Origin: a virus
Direction: 5' to 3' (one strand)
Length of the DNA: 64,000 bases
Virus record (IMG/VR): IMGVR_UViG_3300025655_000033
Location: 3,202 to 67,201 of that record
In this document: piece after piece, positions 20,020 to 28,944 of the stretch
Layout: each line of letters starts with the position of its first letter
Position numbering within the stretch: the first letter of the stretch is position 1
Program-made: the position numbers and the translations under genes
Notes under the pieces: model-generated
Told to the model about the DNA's origin: nothing
What the model saw: only the letters and a program-made list of their open reading frames with translations
The model's database searches: none

Positions 20020-20816
20020 TACAATGTTTGTTTTACAAAAGTTCCATTAATCATTTTACCTTTTCTACTTTTAATAACATTGTAAGCAGAATCAACACAA
20101 TCTTCTATTTTAAGGTTTTCAAGCTTAGCTAGATTAGTTAATACAACCACTATATCACCAATAGCATCTATAATCTCTGGTTTATCATTGTTAAGCAAAG
20201 CTTTAGCAAGTTCACCAGTTTCTTCAAGTAGTTTTATATATTGTGTTTTGCTGTCACCTTTAGTGTATATACCTTTTTCAGCGGCCCACAATCTAATAAG
20301 ATCATATATATTTTTTTCAATACCATTCACAAGACCTTCGTGTAAGCCTGGTTCAGCTACAAAAGCTTCATGAAAAGCCTTGTTATATACAAAACACCTG
20401 TCTTTATCATACATAGATGTTACTGAGTTGTGAGCTAACCAATTTAATTCTTTTTTTGACTTTAATTCAAAATCACCAAAAGAAGTTTCCCATTTAAAAC
20501 CAATACCAAGTTCTTTTTTAAGAAATTTCTTTAAATCAATTAATGGTACTGGAAAAGTTGTTGTTTGTTCTGTTACGTTTAATTTCATTTTATTTGATTT
20601 TTTATTCATTAGATCTCTATATGTTTGTCTATCAACCTTATAGCCATAAGACTTTTGAAGTTCTATCTCCTTAGATGATATATAACTTATATCTTCACTT
20701 GAATCAAGAACTTCGTACTCACCTGGTTTATACCCTTGGGCAACCGTAACTCTTCTATCAAGATCACGTGTAACCCCTATTTTTTTACCCGGGATATGGT
20801 ATAAATAGTACATCAT
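20019..20816 (-). CDS. MazG-like NTP pyrophosphohydrolase with N-terminal GIY-YIG-like region
   Basis: C-term 'KLLEETGELAKA...EIIDAIGDIVVVL' MazG motif; N-term 'YYLYHIPGKKIGVTRDLDRR'. Confidence 0.8.
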   Translation of the reverse strand: MMYYLYHIPGKKIGVTRDLDRRVTVAQGYKPGEYEVLDSSEDISYISSKEIELQKSYGYKVDRQTYRDLMNKKSNKMKLNVTEQTTTFPVPLIDLKKFLKKELGIGFKWETSFGDFELKSKKELNWLAHNSVTSMYDKDRCFVYNKAFHEAFVAEPGLHEGLVNGIEKNIYDLIRLWAAEKGIYTKGDSKTQYIKLLEETGELAKALLNNDKPEIIDAIGDIVVVLTNLAKLENLKIEDCVDSAYNVIKSRKGKMINGTFVKQTL

Positions 20817-21484
20817 AATTTGTTGTTATATAAGTGTAAGTTGTGTGCGTGATGGTAATAAGTACCAACTGGCAAACTAAGCTCTCTAGCAACCAATTGT
20901 TGTAACATTGAAAAACAATATTGATCATTACAGAAACCATACCAGAGGTCATTAGAACGCATATAGACAGACATATTTAATCTATTGTCTAATATCGTAA
21001 ATTGAACAGCATAAGTACAAGGCGTATCGTTTTGATAAGTGTTATGTTCTTTTGCATCGTAAATAGAAATCGCAGCTTGACGCGTTGATGCGTTAGAACG
21101 CAAAGCGTGTATAGCATAATCGAGCTGGCCGTTTCTATTCCACTGCCAACCATAGTTAGATCTAACATTACCGTTATCATCTTGCATTTTCTCCCATATA
21201 GGAGGAACTTTACCGTATATCTCTTTGAGTTTATTTAAACTAGGATCTCCAGATAAATACCATTGCCACTCTGCTGCTGCGTAAGCTTCGTTAAAGTTTC
21301 TTTCTTTATTTGCTATTGAAATATTTTTAGGATATTCCATAGTAAAGCCTACATTGAATAAAGCTTTTGTACCAGCAAACTCAACACCATCTGTCCTTAT
21401 TTTTTGATTAAAGTAATCAAATGCTTCTGATGCGTTCTTAAAATTTGTTTTTATATTTTCCATAATAATAAAGATAATACTCAA
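20813..21484 (-). CDS. Thymidylate synthase-fold enzyme, probable dCMP hydroxymethylase/methylase
   Basis: 'DTPCT', 'MRSNDLWYGFCND', 'NLHLY'; Asp at the substrate-specificity position; start may be MENIKTNF. Confidence 0.8.
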   Translation of the reverse strand: MSIIFIIMENIKTNFKNASEAFDYFNQKIRTDGVEFAGTKALFNVGFTMEYPKNISIANKERNFNEAYAAAEWQWYLSGDPSLNKLKEIYGKVPPIWEKMQDDNGNVRSNYGWQWNRNGQLDYAIHALRSNASTRQAAISIYDAKEHNTYQNDTPCTYAVQFTILDNRLNMSVYMRSNDLWYGFCNDQYCFSMLQQLVARELSLPVGTYYHHAHNLHLYNNKL

Positions 21485-21689
21485 ATAATTTCTCCCATAT
21501 AACTACTTTTTTGTAAGTCTCAGGGGATCTGTTTGTTTTGTTGTTAATTGTGATTTCTATAAACCAGTTGGTTTCGTCTTTAGCTCTTGGCGATATGTGT
21601 ATATTATTTTTAATACACCAACTATAAGCTTCGTGTTCTTCATCAGTGAAAATGTATTGACCCATTGGGTCTTTCTTTATAACTCCCAA
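21438..21689 (-). CDS. Hypothetical protein
   Basis: 83 aa ORF overlapping both neighbours in the operon. Confidence 0.6.
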   Translation of the reverse strand: MGVIKKDPMGQYIFTDEEHEAYSWCIKNNIHISPRAKDETNWFIEITINNKTNRSPETYKKVVIWEKLFEYYLYYYGKYKNKF

Positions 21690-23395
21690 GGTAATGAATT
21701 TTCTTCTAACTTAACAGGATTTATTGGAATAAAACAACCTGACTTATGTTCCCACTTAAAATGAGCTTCTTCACCATTTTGACCTAGGTTTTGAAACTTA
21801 ACTTTAAGTACTTTACATTTAACTGTTTTATTAACGTAATCCCTATGAACTAATAGACCATGATAAGAAGCATCGTACCATTCACCACCACCTTTTATAT
21901 TATACATAGTTGGTTCTTCTATTTTACCATCTTTGTCCTTATACATCTTTGTAGGGTGAGCTACTATAATAACTAATACATCATACTTTTTAGCAAATAC
22001 TTCTATCTTAGTTAAATACTCCATAGTGTACCTGTTTACATCTTCTGTTTTAGAATCTGTGTCACGAACTTTATTAAATGGATCTATAATAAGGCATTTA
22101 ATGCCTTTACGTTTAACAAGCTCAGCACCCTTACGAAGTACTGACTCAAGTGTATAACGTTCCATGTCAATAAAAAAGAAGTTATCATTTACATGATTAG
22201 CTATTTGGTTCCATTTGCTAGAACCAATGTCTTCTTTAGTGGGCATGCCTTGCCATACCTTTCGCATAAGCTTATGTGCGTGAAGATAAGTTGGCGCATT
22301 CTCAGGACTAGCATATGCCGCCTTCCATCCATACTTAGCGTTATATCCGACAACCATTTGATCGACGAAATCACTTTTACCGGAAGAAGGTATACCAGTG
22401 ACAGTAATAAATTGACCAGTGTAAGTTGAAAAGATTTCATCAAAGTTAGATAAGCCAACTTGAAATCCGGGCTTAAAGCCATTTGTGACGAAATCAGTAA
22501 TCTCCCCTTCAATGTCCTTAAAAGTGGTGACGTGTTCAAGAGGTACTGGTTTTGCTGAGGTAATACGCTGCGATAGTTTTTCTTTTCCATACTTTAATAA
22601 ATATTCGTTTGCATCTTTGCAGTCTTCAAAACTAGCCATGTAACAAACCTCAGCGCCAAGACGTCTTATTAATTCTTGTTGTAAAGCTTGACCAGCTTCA
22701 TCTGAATCTGTAGCTAATATTATTTTATTTTTATCTACAAAGTAATCAATGCAATTATCTAGGTAATCTAAATTGTTAGATGTAAGTGTAGCACCATTAG
22801 GTACTGAAACAACGTTTGGTATTCCAGCTTCGTGTAGTGCAAGCACATCCATTTCACCTTCTGTTATGACGCAATATTCATAACCCACTATTGCATTTAT
22901 GTTATAGAAGACTTTCTCAGCCCCTTTAAATAATTTAAAGTTCTTTCTTCCGTCTCGATACTTGATATTAACAAGATCTTCACCAACGAAATAATTAAAC
23001 TTTATAACATTCTCGGCCTTACCGGTTTGTGGCATCCATTCAGATCCTTCAGTAACTTTTAAAGCTGATAGAGTGGAGGCAGAAATACCTCTACCTTTAA
23101 ACCACTCTTCAACTTTAGTTCCAGGTACATTTATAACAAATGGCTCTGGCTTTATGTATACCTTATCTACATCACCTTTTCTTTGGTAAGTGTGTAGTTG
23201 AAATGAATTGTTGCAGTTATGGCAAGTACCGAGACCCCGTTCCCAATCATAAGATGCACATTTAGAGTTCTTATTCTCAGGTTTCCTATCGTGAGAACAT
23301 AAAGGACAAGTCCCTTGTGTTTTACCCACTTCTAGGTCATATTGATTAAACTGGTCGATCAAAAATCCATTGATCTCCGTACTGTTAACTTGCAT
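21677..23395 (-). CDS. T7 gp4/Twinkle-type primase-helicase
   Basis: Zn finger CPLC...CHNC, TOPRIM 'ITEGEMD','ATDSDEAG', Walker A 'GIPSSGKS', 'IIDP','VAHP'. Confidence 0.95.
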   Translation of the reverse strand: MQVNSTEINGFLIDQFNQYDLEVGKTQGTCPLCSHDRKPENKNSKCASYDWERGLGTCHNCNNSFQLHTYQRKGDVDKVYIKPEPFVINVPGTKVEEWFKGRGISASTLSALKVTEGSEWMPQTGKAENVIKFNYFVGEDLVNIKYRDGRKNFKLFKGAEKVFYNINAIVGYEYCVITEGEMDVLALHEAGIPNVVSVPNGATLTSNNLDYLDNCIDYFVDKNKIILATDSDEAGQALQQELIRRLGAEVCYMASFEDCKDANEYLLKYGKEKLSQRITSAKPVPLEHVTTFKDIEGEITDFVTNGFKPGFQVGLSNFDEIFSTYTGQFITVTGIPSSGKSDFVDQMVVGYNAKYGWKAAYASPENAPTYLHAHKLMRKVWQGMPTKEDIGSSKWNQIANHVNDNFFFIDMERYTLESVLRKGAELVKRKGIKCLIIDPFNKVRDTDSKTEDVNRYTMEYLTKIEVFAKKYDVLVIIVAHPTKMYKDKDGKIEEPTMYNIKGGGEWYDASYHGLLVHRDYVNKTVKCKVLKVKFQNLGQNGEEAHFKWEHKSGCFIPINPVKLEENSLPWEL

Positions 23396-23405
23396 TTATT
23401 TTATA

Positions 23406-23765
23406 TTAAAAAGGTAAATCATCTGCTACTTGTGCTGTTGGTGGCGCCGCTTGAAAACTAGTTTGTGGTCTAGCTGATCCAGCTTCGTTTTTCCAAACTT
23501 GAGTAACTCCTTCACCTACAAATAAAGCCTCTGCTTTGTTTTGTCTTTCTTCTTGCGTTTGTTGTTTGATAGCAAAATGAGTTTTTACTAATTGAAATTT
23601 CTCGTGATCATAAACTACTTTTTGAGACTCTGGTTTCATCTCAACAAGATCAAATTTAATTTCTTTAATTGCTACTTCATTACCTGACTTATCTTTATAA
23701 GATCTGTTAGATAATAATTCTCTTGCTTTGTCTGCGTCGATTGACACTGAAATTTTTGTTGCCAT
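23406..23765 (-). CDS. Putative ssDNA-binding protein
   Basis: C-terminal 'DDLPF' tail, position next to helicase and recombinase genes. Confidence 0.65.
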   Translation of the reverse strand: MATKISVSIDADKARELLSNRSYKDKSGNEVAIKEIKFDLVEMKPESQKVVYDHEKFQLVKTHFAIKQQTQEERQNKAEALFVGEGVTQVWKNEAGSARPQTSFQAAPPTAQVADDLPF

Positions 23766-23775
23766 AATTTAATTG

Positions 23776-24507
23776 TTAAAGTGTTTGATTTAAAAAATAT
23801 TGTTCTGGATCGAAATCCTCTGATTTAAAAAAAAGCCTATAAGCATCGATTGCTTTTAAAACTTTATCTTCTCCTGATCTTAAAAACGCATCTGAGCAAT
23901 CAAATATACCTAATTGCAATGTGTTTTTATCTATCACTATGAATATCATTTCATAACCAAATAATTGGCTATATATGTAAGCTTGACTATCGTAGTTGTA
24001 TTTCTTAGCTGAGTATCTAAATTTAGATATGTCTCCACTAGTTTTAAGGTCTACAACTAGCTTTTGATTGTGGTTTATAATATCAGCTTTACCTTTCCAC
24101 ATCTCACCATGTATCTCTTTAATACCTGGTACCTCATATTCATTGCCAACACTTCTTATAAGATCTTTACAAATATCATTGTTAAGCATCTTGCCAGTCA
24201 TAAGATCTATTTGATCAACTTCTTTTTGTAATAAATAAACTTCAGGATCTTCAAGCGCTTTAAAAGCGTTTGTGTTTCTACTACCTACATCGATAATTTT
24301 ATACTTACCTAGTTTTTCAGGTTCTAGTATTGCTGTATGAAAATAACCACCAATAAGAAAAGCACTTATCATAGGTTGTCTTTCACCAAGTAACAAAGGG
24401 TTTGTAAGTAGCGTAGATATATCTGAGTTGCTTAGGTACTTTTTACCAAATTCACCGTAATAGTCTTCGTCGTTCTCTAGTTTTTTTAATACCTCTTTTT
24501 TTTTCAT
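23776..24507 (-). CDS. RecE/Exo VIII-like PD-(D/E)XK exonuclease
   Basis: 'YLSNSDI', 'G..FHTAILEP', 'KGKAD...VDLKT', 'YDSQAYIY'. Confidence 0.85.
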   Translation of the reverse strand: MKKKEVLKKLENDEDYYGEFGKKYLSNSDISTLLTNPLLLGERQPMISAFLIGGYFHTAILEPEKLGKYKIIDVGSRNTNAFKALEDPEVYLLQKEVDQIDLMTGKMLNNDICKDLIRSVGNEYEVPGIKEIHGEMWKGKADIINHNQKLVVDLKTSGDISKFRYSAKKYNYDSQAYIYSQLFGYEMIFIVIDKNTLQLGIFDCSDAFLRSGEDKVLKAIDAYRLFFKSEDFDPEQYFLNQTL

Positions 24508-25061
24508 TATAATGTACTTAGTTCTTTTACTTGTGAAGCTGTAAGCGTATACTTAGATTTAATAGCATCTATGTTTCCACCTGATTTAACGTATTCTTTA
24601 GCTTTAATCAATTGATCTTTAGTAATAGCAACCTTAGCAGCGTAAGTTCTACCACTGTGATCATTAGTTGCATCGCTATCTTGCGTGTCATCTATTAAAA
24701 GTAAATTACCAAGGGAATATTTCTTCGCATAACTGGAAGCGCTACCAAACTGCTGTGGTACTTGCATACCTTTTTGAGCTAGATCAACACCAACTATAGA
24801 CTTAGCGGCTATAGACATACCACCTTCTGAATCCATAATAGTAGCAGTTGACTCTATAATAGGCATACCATCTATATTTACAAGTTGCTCATCAACAGTA
24901 AATAATACACCATACTTTTCGTTAAATGGTTTTAATGCTTCAAGTATATCTTCAGCTGATCTAAAGTTGTACTTACCAAAAGAATTGTATCTACTTTTTT
25001 TAGCCTTAAACTCTTTTTGGATTTTGCTTAATTTTTGATAAATGGTTAACATCTCTTTCAT
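24507..25061 (-). CDS. ERF-family ssDNA annealing protein
   Basis: 'YNFRSAEDILEALKP', 'Q.FGSASSYAKKYSL..L...DD..DSD'. Confidence 0.9.
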   Translation of the reverse strand: MKEMLTIYQKLSKIQKEFKAKKSRYNSFGKYNFRSAEDILEALKPFNEKYGVLFTVDEQLVNIDGMPIIESTATIMDSEGGMSIAAKSIVGVDLAQKGMQVPQQFGSASSYAKKYSLGNLLLIDDTQDSDATNDHSGRTYAAKVAITKDQLIKAKEYVKSGGNIDAIKSKYTLTASQVKELSTL

Positions 25062-25109
25062 TTTTAAAGGAATTTAGTTATTATTATAATTACATATTTT
25101 TGCCTTAAT

Positions 25110-25874
25110 CTACAGATAGTCAATTACTTGCGATGGTTCTACGTTAGCAATTAACTTCTCTACAGCTTGCTTTTTAATCTCAGATATTCTAACGTAAGCA
25201 CTAGGTCCTTCGATGCCTAAAATATCTGCAATTTGATTTGCTGAATGCTTATCACAGTTTAATCCATAACTTAATCTAAGCACTTCAAACTCTCTTTCGT
25301 TTAAATGTTTTTTCAATAAACTAGTTAAGTATAAGTTTAATAAACCTATATTATATGGTTCAGACTGATCAGGTATTTGATGCATGGTGTTATCTTCATC
25401 ATCATCATTTATTTGCTCGTCAATACTAAGGAATATAGAATTAAAAAACATTGCAACCATTTTCTTATCTTTACCATTGTCTTTCCTAATTTCATTTAGT
25501 TTATGCTCTGGTATTCTAATATCTCCCCTGTTTATGTCTATGGCTCTTCTAATGGCTCCTTTTATTCGTTTAGACAGGAAAGACTTTAATGTTTTTTCCT
25601 CGTCTTCTGAGTTGTCTATTGTGTCCCATATTATTTTGTCAACAGCCTTAATCAATCCTAAACTTCCGTCTTGTATTAAATCTGTAATGTCCATAACACC
25701 GGAAGCTTGTTGTGATGTTGAAAACTTCCTTGCTATGTTTTCTACTAAAGGCAAGAACTTAATTACAAGTTCGTCTCTAGTATACTCGTTAAATGATTTT
25801 TCGCCGACACGTTCAATTGAAGACTTTACATCTTCTTTATATCGTACGTAATTCTGAATGTTGTACTTTTTCAT
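25110..25874 (-). CDS. Phage-encoded sigma-70 family RNA polymerase sigma factor
   Basis: Region 2 'LPLVENIARKF...DLIQDGSLGLIKAVDK...RIKGAIRRAI', 'IRIP', 'LSID', region 4 'LNEREFEVLRLSYGL...IADILG...VRISEIKKQAVEKL'. Confidence 0.9.
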   Translation of the reverse strand: MKKYNIQNYVRYKEDVKSSIERVGEKSFNEYTRDELVIKFLPLVENIARKFSTSQQASGVMDITDLIQDGSLGLIKAVDKIIWDTIDNSEDEEKTLKSFLSKRIKGAIRRAIDINRGDIRIPEHKLNEIRKDNGKDKKMVAMFFNSIFLSIDEQINDDDEDNTMHQIPDQSEPYNIGLLNLYLTSLLKKHLNEREFEVLRLSYGLNCDKHSANQIADILGIEGPSAYVRISEIKKQAVEKLIANVEPSQVIDYL

Positions 25875-26490
25875 ATCCGTTGTTTAATAGTTCCTTCTCT
25901 TTTTTGAGTTCATTGGTCATATTACGGTATATGGTTCTTGGTGTACAATTCAATTGTTTAGCTAAATTAGCTACTGTTATTTTATCACCGCAGTCGTTTA
26001 TATATAACATAACATCGTAGATGTCTGACTCGGTAATTTTTTTACTTCTTCCTACAAGTTGTCCTACAATACTTAGTTTATCTGACAAATCTAGTTTACA
26101 GTTATAATTAAATATAACTTTACGGGTCTTATTAGATGGATCTTGCTCTAAATCGCACATGCTTATTTCATACACGATTTTATTTAGTAAGTCATCATTT
26201 ACAGTAAATGTAACAAATCCATTTTTAATATTGCATATAAATTTAGATAAATTTAAAAAATTATCAGGATCAAGTTTTGGATTAAGATACCATAGAACTA
26301 ATAGATGCCACTTTAAAGACTTGTATGTATTGATCTTAGCTTTACTTCTAAATAGATCATAACACTCTCTGGTACCCTGTTCATAAAACCAACCCCACTC
26401 ATAAGTTGAAGTTGGTTTATCTTTAACTGGTAACCTTCTGTAAAGTATTCTGCTTCGATGTAAATAATCGAGACGACGTTCGTATGACAT
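25837..26490 (-). CDS. DNA-binding protein with C-terminal helix-turn-helix (candidate regulator or replication initiator)
   Basis: 'ITVANLAKQLNCTPRTIYRNM' HTH; start codon lies inside a dyad element. Confidence 0.65.
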   Translation of the reverse strand: MSYERRLDYLHRSRILYRRLPVKDKPTSTYEWGWFYEQGTRECYDLFRSKAKINTYKSLKWHLLVLWYLNPKLDPDNFLNLSKFICNIKNGFVTFTVNDDLLNKIVYEISMCDLEQDPSNKTRKVIFNYNCKLDLSDKLSIVGQLVGRSKKITESDIYDVMLYINDCGDKITVANLAKQLNCTPRTIYRNMTNELKKEKELLNNGYEKVQHSELRTI

Positions 26491-26528
26491 TAGCCTATTA
26501 CCCCTTTATATTAACTACCTATTGTCAC
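26484..26528. promoter_or_regulatory. Dyad element copy 1 (TGACAWTAG...CTAWTGTCA)
   Basis: ATGACATTAGCCTATTACCCCTTTATATTAACTACCTATTGTCAC; inverted relative to copies at 33088 and 34731. Confidence 0.75.
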
Positions 26529-26876
26529 GTTGTGACTGTTTATTAATCTAATGGAAACATTATTCCATTTTCCATATTTTACTTTTTTGTTAACCAAAAA
26601 ATCAATTTTTTTAGTCCAACGTTTATTCATGCGATCACGAATATACCAAATGCCATTCATAGGTCCAGCATTCTCTACGCAAATTGTTTTACCCATAGTA
26701 AAACCTATTTTTTCAAGATCTCTTGATACTGCCACTATTCTATGCTTTTCAGCAGCATCTAAATCAATAACAAATCCTGTCGCTGTTATATTCGGAGTTT
26801 CATCTGTTTGACCAGGTACTGCATTGTAAACAGTTGCTGTTACGCATGCTACTATACTTGCTATTAATGTTTTCAT
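26511..26876 (-). CDS. 3D-domain (MltA-like) peptidoglycan-active protein with signal-like N-terminus
   Basis: 'VTATVYN...QTD.TP.ITATG', 'VAVSRDL', 'DRMNKRW..KIDF'; start assumed at MKTLIASIVAC. Confidence 0.75.
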   Translation of the reverse strand: MKTLIASIVACVTATVYNAVPGQTDETPNITATGFVIDLDAAEKHRIVAVSRDLEKIGFTMGKTICVENAGPMNGIWYIRDRMNKRWTKKIDFLVNKKVKYGKWNNVSIRLINSHNVTIGS

Positions 26877-26912
26877 AATTTTTAATTTATATATATGTGT
26901 AAACATATTGGT

Positions 26913-27083
26913 TTACTCACTATCAAAAAATTCCTCTACTGTATCTGTACCCCAGCCTGCTGCTAATGTTATTTTTCTTAAAAGTTCTACGTACTCTGTA
27001 AAGTGTATGTCTGAATGGTCTACTTCTACCGAGTATTTATACTCGTACTGTTCTATTGTTATTCTGTAAGGTTGTTTTTTCAT
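26913..27083 (-). CDS. Hypothetical 56-aa protein
   Basis: Hand-translated ORF MKKQPYRITIEQYEYKYSVEV...; TAATG coupling. Confidence 0.55.
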   Translation of the reverse strand: MKKQPYRITIEQYEYKYSVEVDHSDIHFTEYVELLRKITLAAGWGTDTVEEFFDSE

Positions 27084-27493
27084 TATTTTTTGATTTTAAA
27101 ATTGTGTCCTAATTTTTTTATTAGTTCTTCCATTGTGTACTCTTTTATTTCGAAGCCTCTCTTAACTCCGTCTGAGTTCTCGAATGTTAACCGATTACCA
27201 CTTGTGTCGTATGTGTATTTACTCCAATCTCCGTCTGAGTTCTCGGATGTTAACTCATTTCCGTTTGAATCATAGGTTGATTTACTCCAATAGCCTTTTG
27301 AATCCTCGAATGTTAACCGATTTCCGTTTGAATTGTAGGTGCATTTACTCAAATAGCCATCTGAGTTTTCAAATGTTAACTGTTTACCATTTGAATTGTA
27401 GGTGTATTGGTGGTTTTTGTTATACTTATACCTCAATACTCCTTTATTGTCTCTTAGTTCTAACTCCTCTGTTGTTCCGAATATGTTTTTCAT
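27083..27493 (-). CDS. YD-like tandem repeat protein (about 4 x 21 aa, TYxSNGNxLTFENSDG)
   Basis: 63-bp repeat visible at DNA and protein level. Confidence 0.75.
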   Translation of the reverse strand: MKNIFGTTEELELRDNKGVLRYKYNKNHQYTYNSNGKQLTFENSDGYLSKCTYNSNGNRLTFEDSKGYWSKSTYDSNGNELTSENSDGDWSKYTYDTSGNRLTFENSDGVKRGFEIKEYTMEELIKKLGHNFKIKK

Positions 27494-27687
27494 TTGTTTT
27501 TATTTTGTTAAAAAAAGATGAAACTTTATATATTGTTGTTTTCATAAAAATTCTATTATAACATTTTTGTTATAGTCTTTTAATATTCTTTCAACTGCCG
27601 CATCTTGCACGTGATCAGCAACGACACCGTTAATTAAATAATCGTTAGTGTCGCTGCCGTCAATTATACGCATTGTGTATAGCATAA

Positions 27688-27978
27688 TTACTTTTTAAGA
27701 TCATTAAGCTTTTTAACAACTTTATTTATCTTGTTGTTTAATATAGCTGCTTTACTATAGTCTTCGTCTTGTTCATAACGTGACAATAGCTCATTAAGTC
27801 TTTTAAGTTCTATCTCTAACAACTCTTGTTCAGATATAACATACTGACCACTAATTTCAGCATCGTCACCTAATGTTTCTTGCATGTTGTCAATAAACTG
27901 TTTATCAAACTCTTCTTGACGAGCATATATTTTGTCTACTATAATGTCAGCTAATTGATTCATTTCTTGTTCAGTCAT
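27688..27978 (-). CDS. Hypothetical protein with UVR-like C-terminal coiled coil
   Basis: 'EDYSKAAILNNKI' UvrB/C-like motif. Confidence 0.6.
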   Translation of the reverse strand: MTEQEMNQLADIIVDKIYARQEEFDKQFIDNMQETLGDDAEISGQYVISEQELLEIELKRLNELLSRYEQDEDYSKAAILNNKINKVVKKLNDLKK

Positions 27979-28201
27979 TTTGTTTAAGATCTTTTTTAAT
28001 TAATGTATGTATATATTTCCAAACTTGCGCATCTGTTTCCTGATGTTTTAATACCATTTGTAACTGTTCTTTAGTTACACCAGCCCAACGCTTTTGTTTT
28101 ATATCATCAACAGTATTTCTAATATCTATATCAGACATAATAATTTTTGCGTTAGCTTTATCTAAAGCGCGTTGTTTAGTATCAAAATCAGTGTCTATCA
28201 T
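27971..28201 (-). CDS. Hypothetical protein
   Basis: 76 aa ORF coupled to neighbours. Confidence 0.6.
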   Translation of the reverse strand: MIDTDFDTKQRALDKANAKIIMSDIDIRNTVDDIKQKRWAGVTKEQLQMVLKHQETDAQVWKYIHTLIKKDLKQND

Positions 28202-28428
28202 TATTTAATTCTTTTATATGAAAAAAGATTTATTACATTTCTATTTAAATATCTACCTTTTGAAACTGCTGATCTTAAACCTTCAAATGTACCGCTGTCT
28301 ACATCTAAATAAACATATTTAGAACCTGAACTGAATTTAACTAGTAATGTTTTTTTCATTGGCGAGTAAGTAATTGATTGTACCATGCTTGAGAATACGT
28401 CGATCTTTTCTTTTAAAATTTTTTCCAT
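28201..28428 (-). CDS. KTSC-domain protein
   Basis: 'SSMVQSITY....LLVKFSSGSKYVY.DV....F..L..AVSKGRYLN'. Confidence 0.85.
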   Translation of the reverse strand: MEKILKEKIDVFSSMVQSITYSPMKKTLLVKFSSGSKYVYLDVDSGTFEGLRSAVSKGRYLNRNVINLFSYKRIK

Positions 28429-28460
28429 TGTGTTTGTTTTAATTGTTATATAATTATTAT

Positions 28461-28934
28461 CTAGCTTATTGCGTATTGATTTTGTAATTTGTATCTATTG
28501 TTTTCTACAGTATTTTTAGAAATATGCTTAGCGCTTATGTCTTCTTTCTTTTGTTCAAGTACAGCTATAGTATTTTTTAATTCTAATATTCTATCATTTA
28601 TCTCGTTGATAGTTTTAACTTCTTGAACCTCAGATACATATATGTTTTCTACTTTTCTGTATAATTCCTCTATATCTCTTTCGTATGGTAATTCATGTTC
28701 AAAGTTTTTTACACTGTGCAATACAGTTGCATGATCTTGACCCATACTTTTAGCTATTGCAGAACAACCTGCCGTAGAATAATCCATACATAATTTATAG
28801 TAAACCCAACGTAGCATTTTGTATTCACGCTTACGTGTATTTACTTTGTATGAGTACTCACCAGCTTCGTCTAGTATTTTATAGTAGAAGTAGTTTAGTA
28901 TTTTTTTATTTGATGGTGTGATTCTTGGTGTCAT
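28461..28934 (-). CDS. DnaA C-terminal (domain IV)-like DNA-binding protein
   Basis: 'R...Y.L..DY...SAIAKSMGQDHATVLHSVK' matches the DnaA domain IV signature (RDHTTVLHA). Confidence 0.75.
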   Translation of the reverse strand: MTPRITPSNKKILNYFYYKILDEAGEYSYKVNTRKREYKMLRWVYYKLCMDYSTAGCSAIAKSMGQDHATVLHSVKNFEHELPYERDIEELYRKVENIYVSEVQEVKTINEINDRILELKNTIAVLEQKKEDISAKHISKNTVENNRYKLQNQYAIS

Positions 28935-28944
28935 ATTTTTGTCT

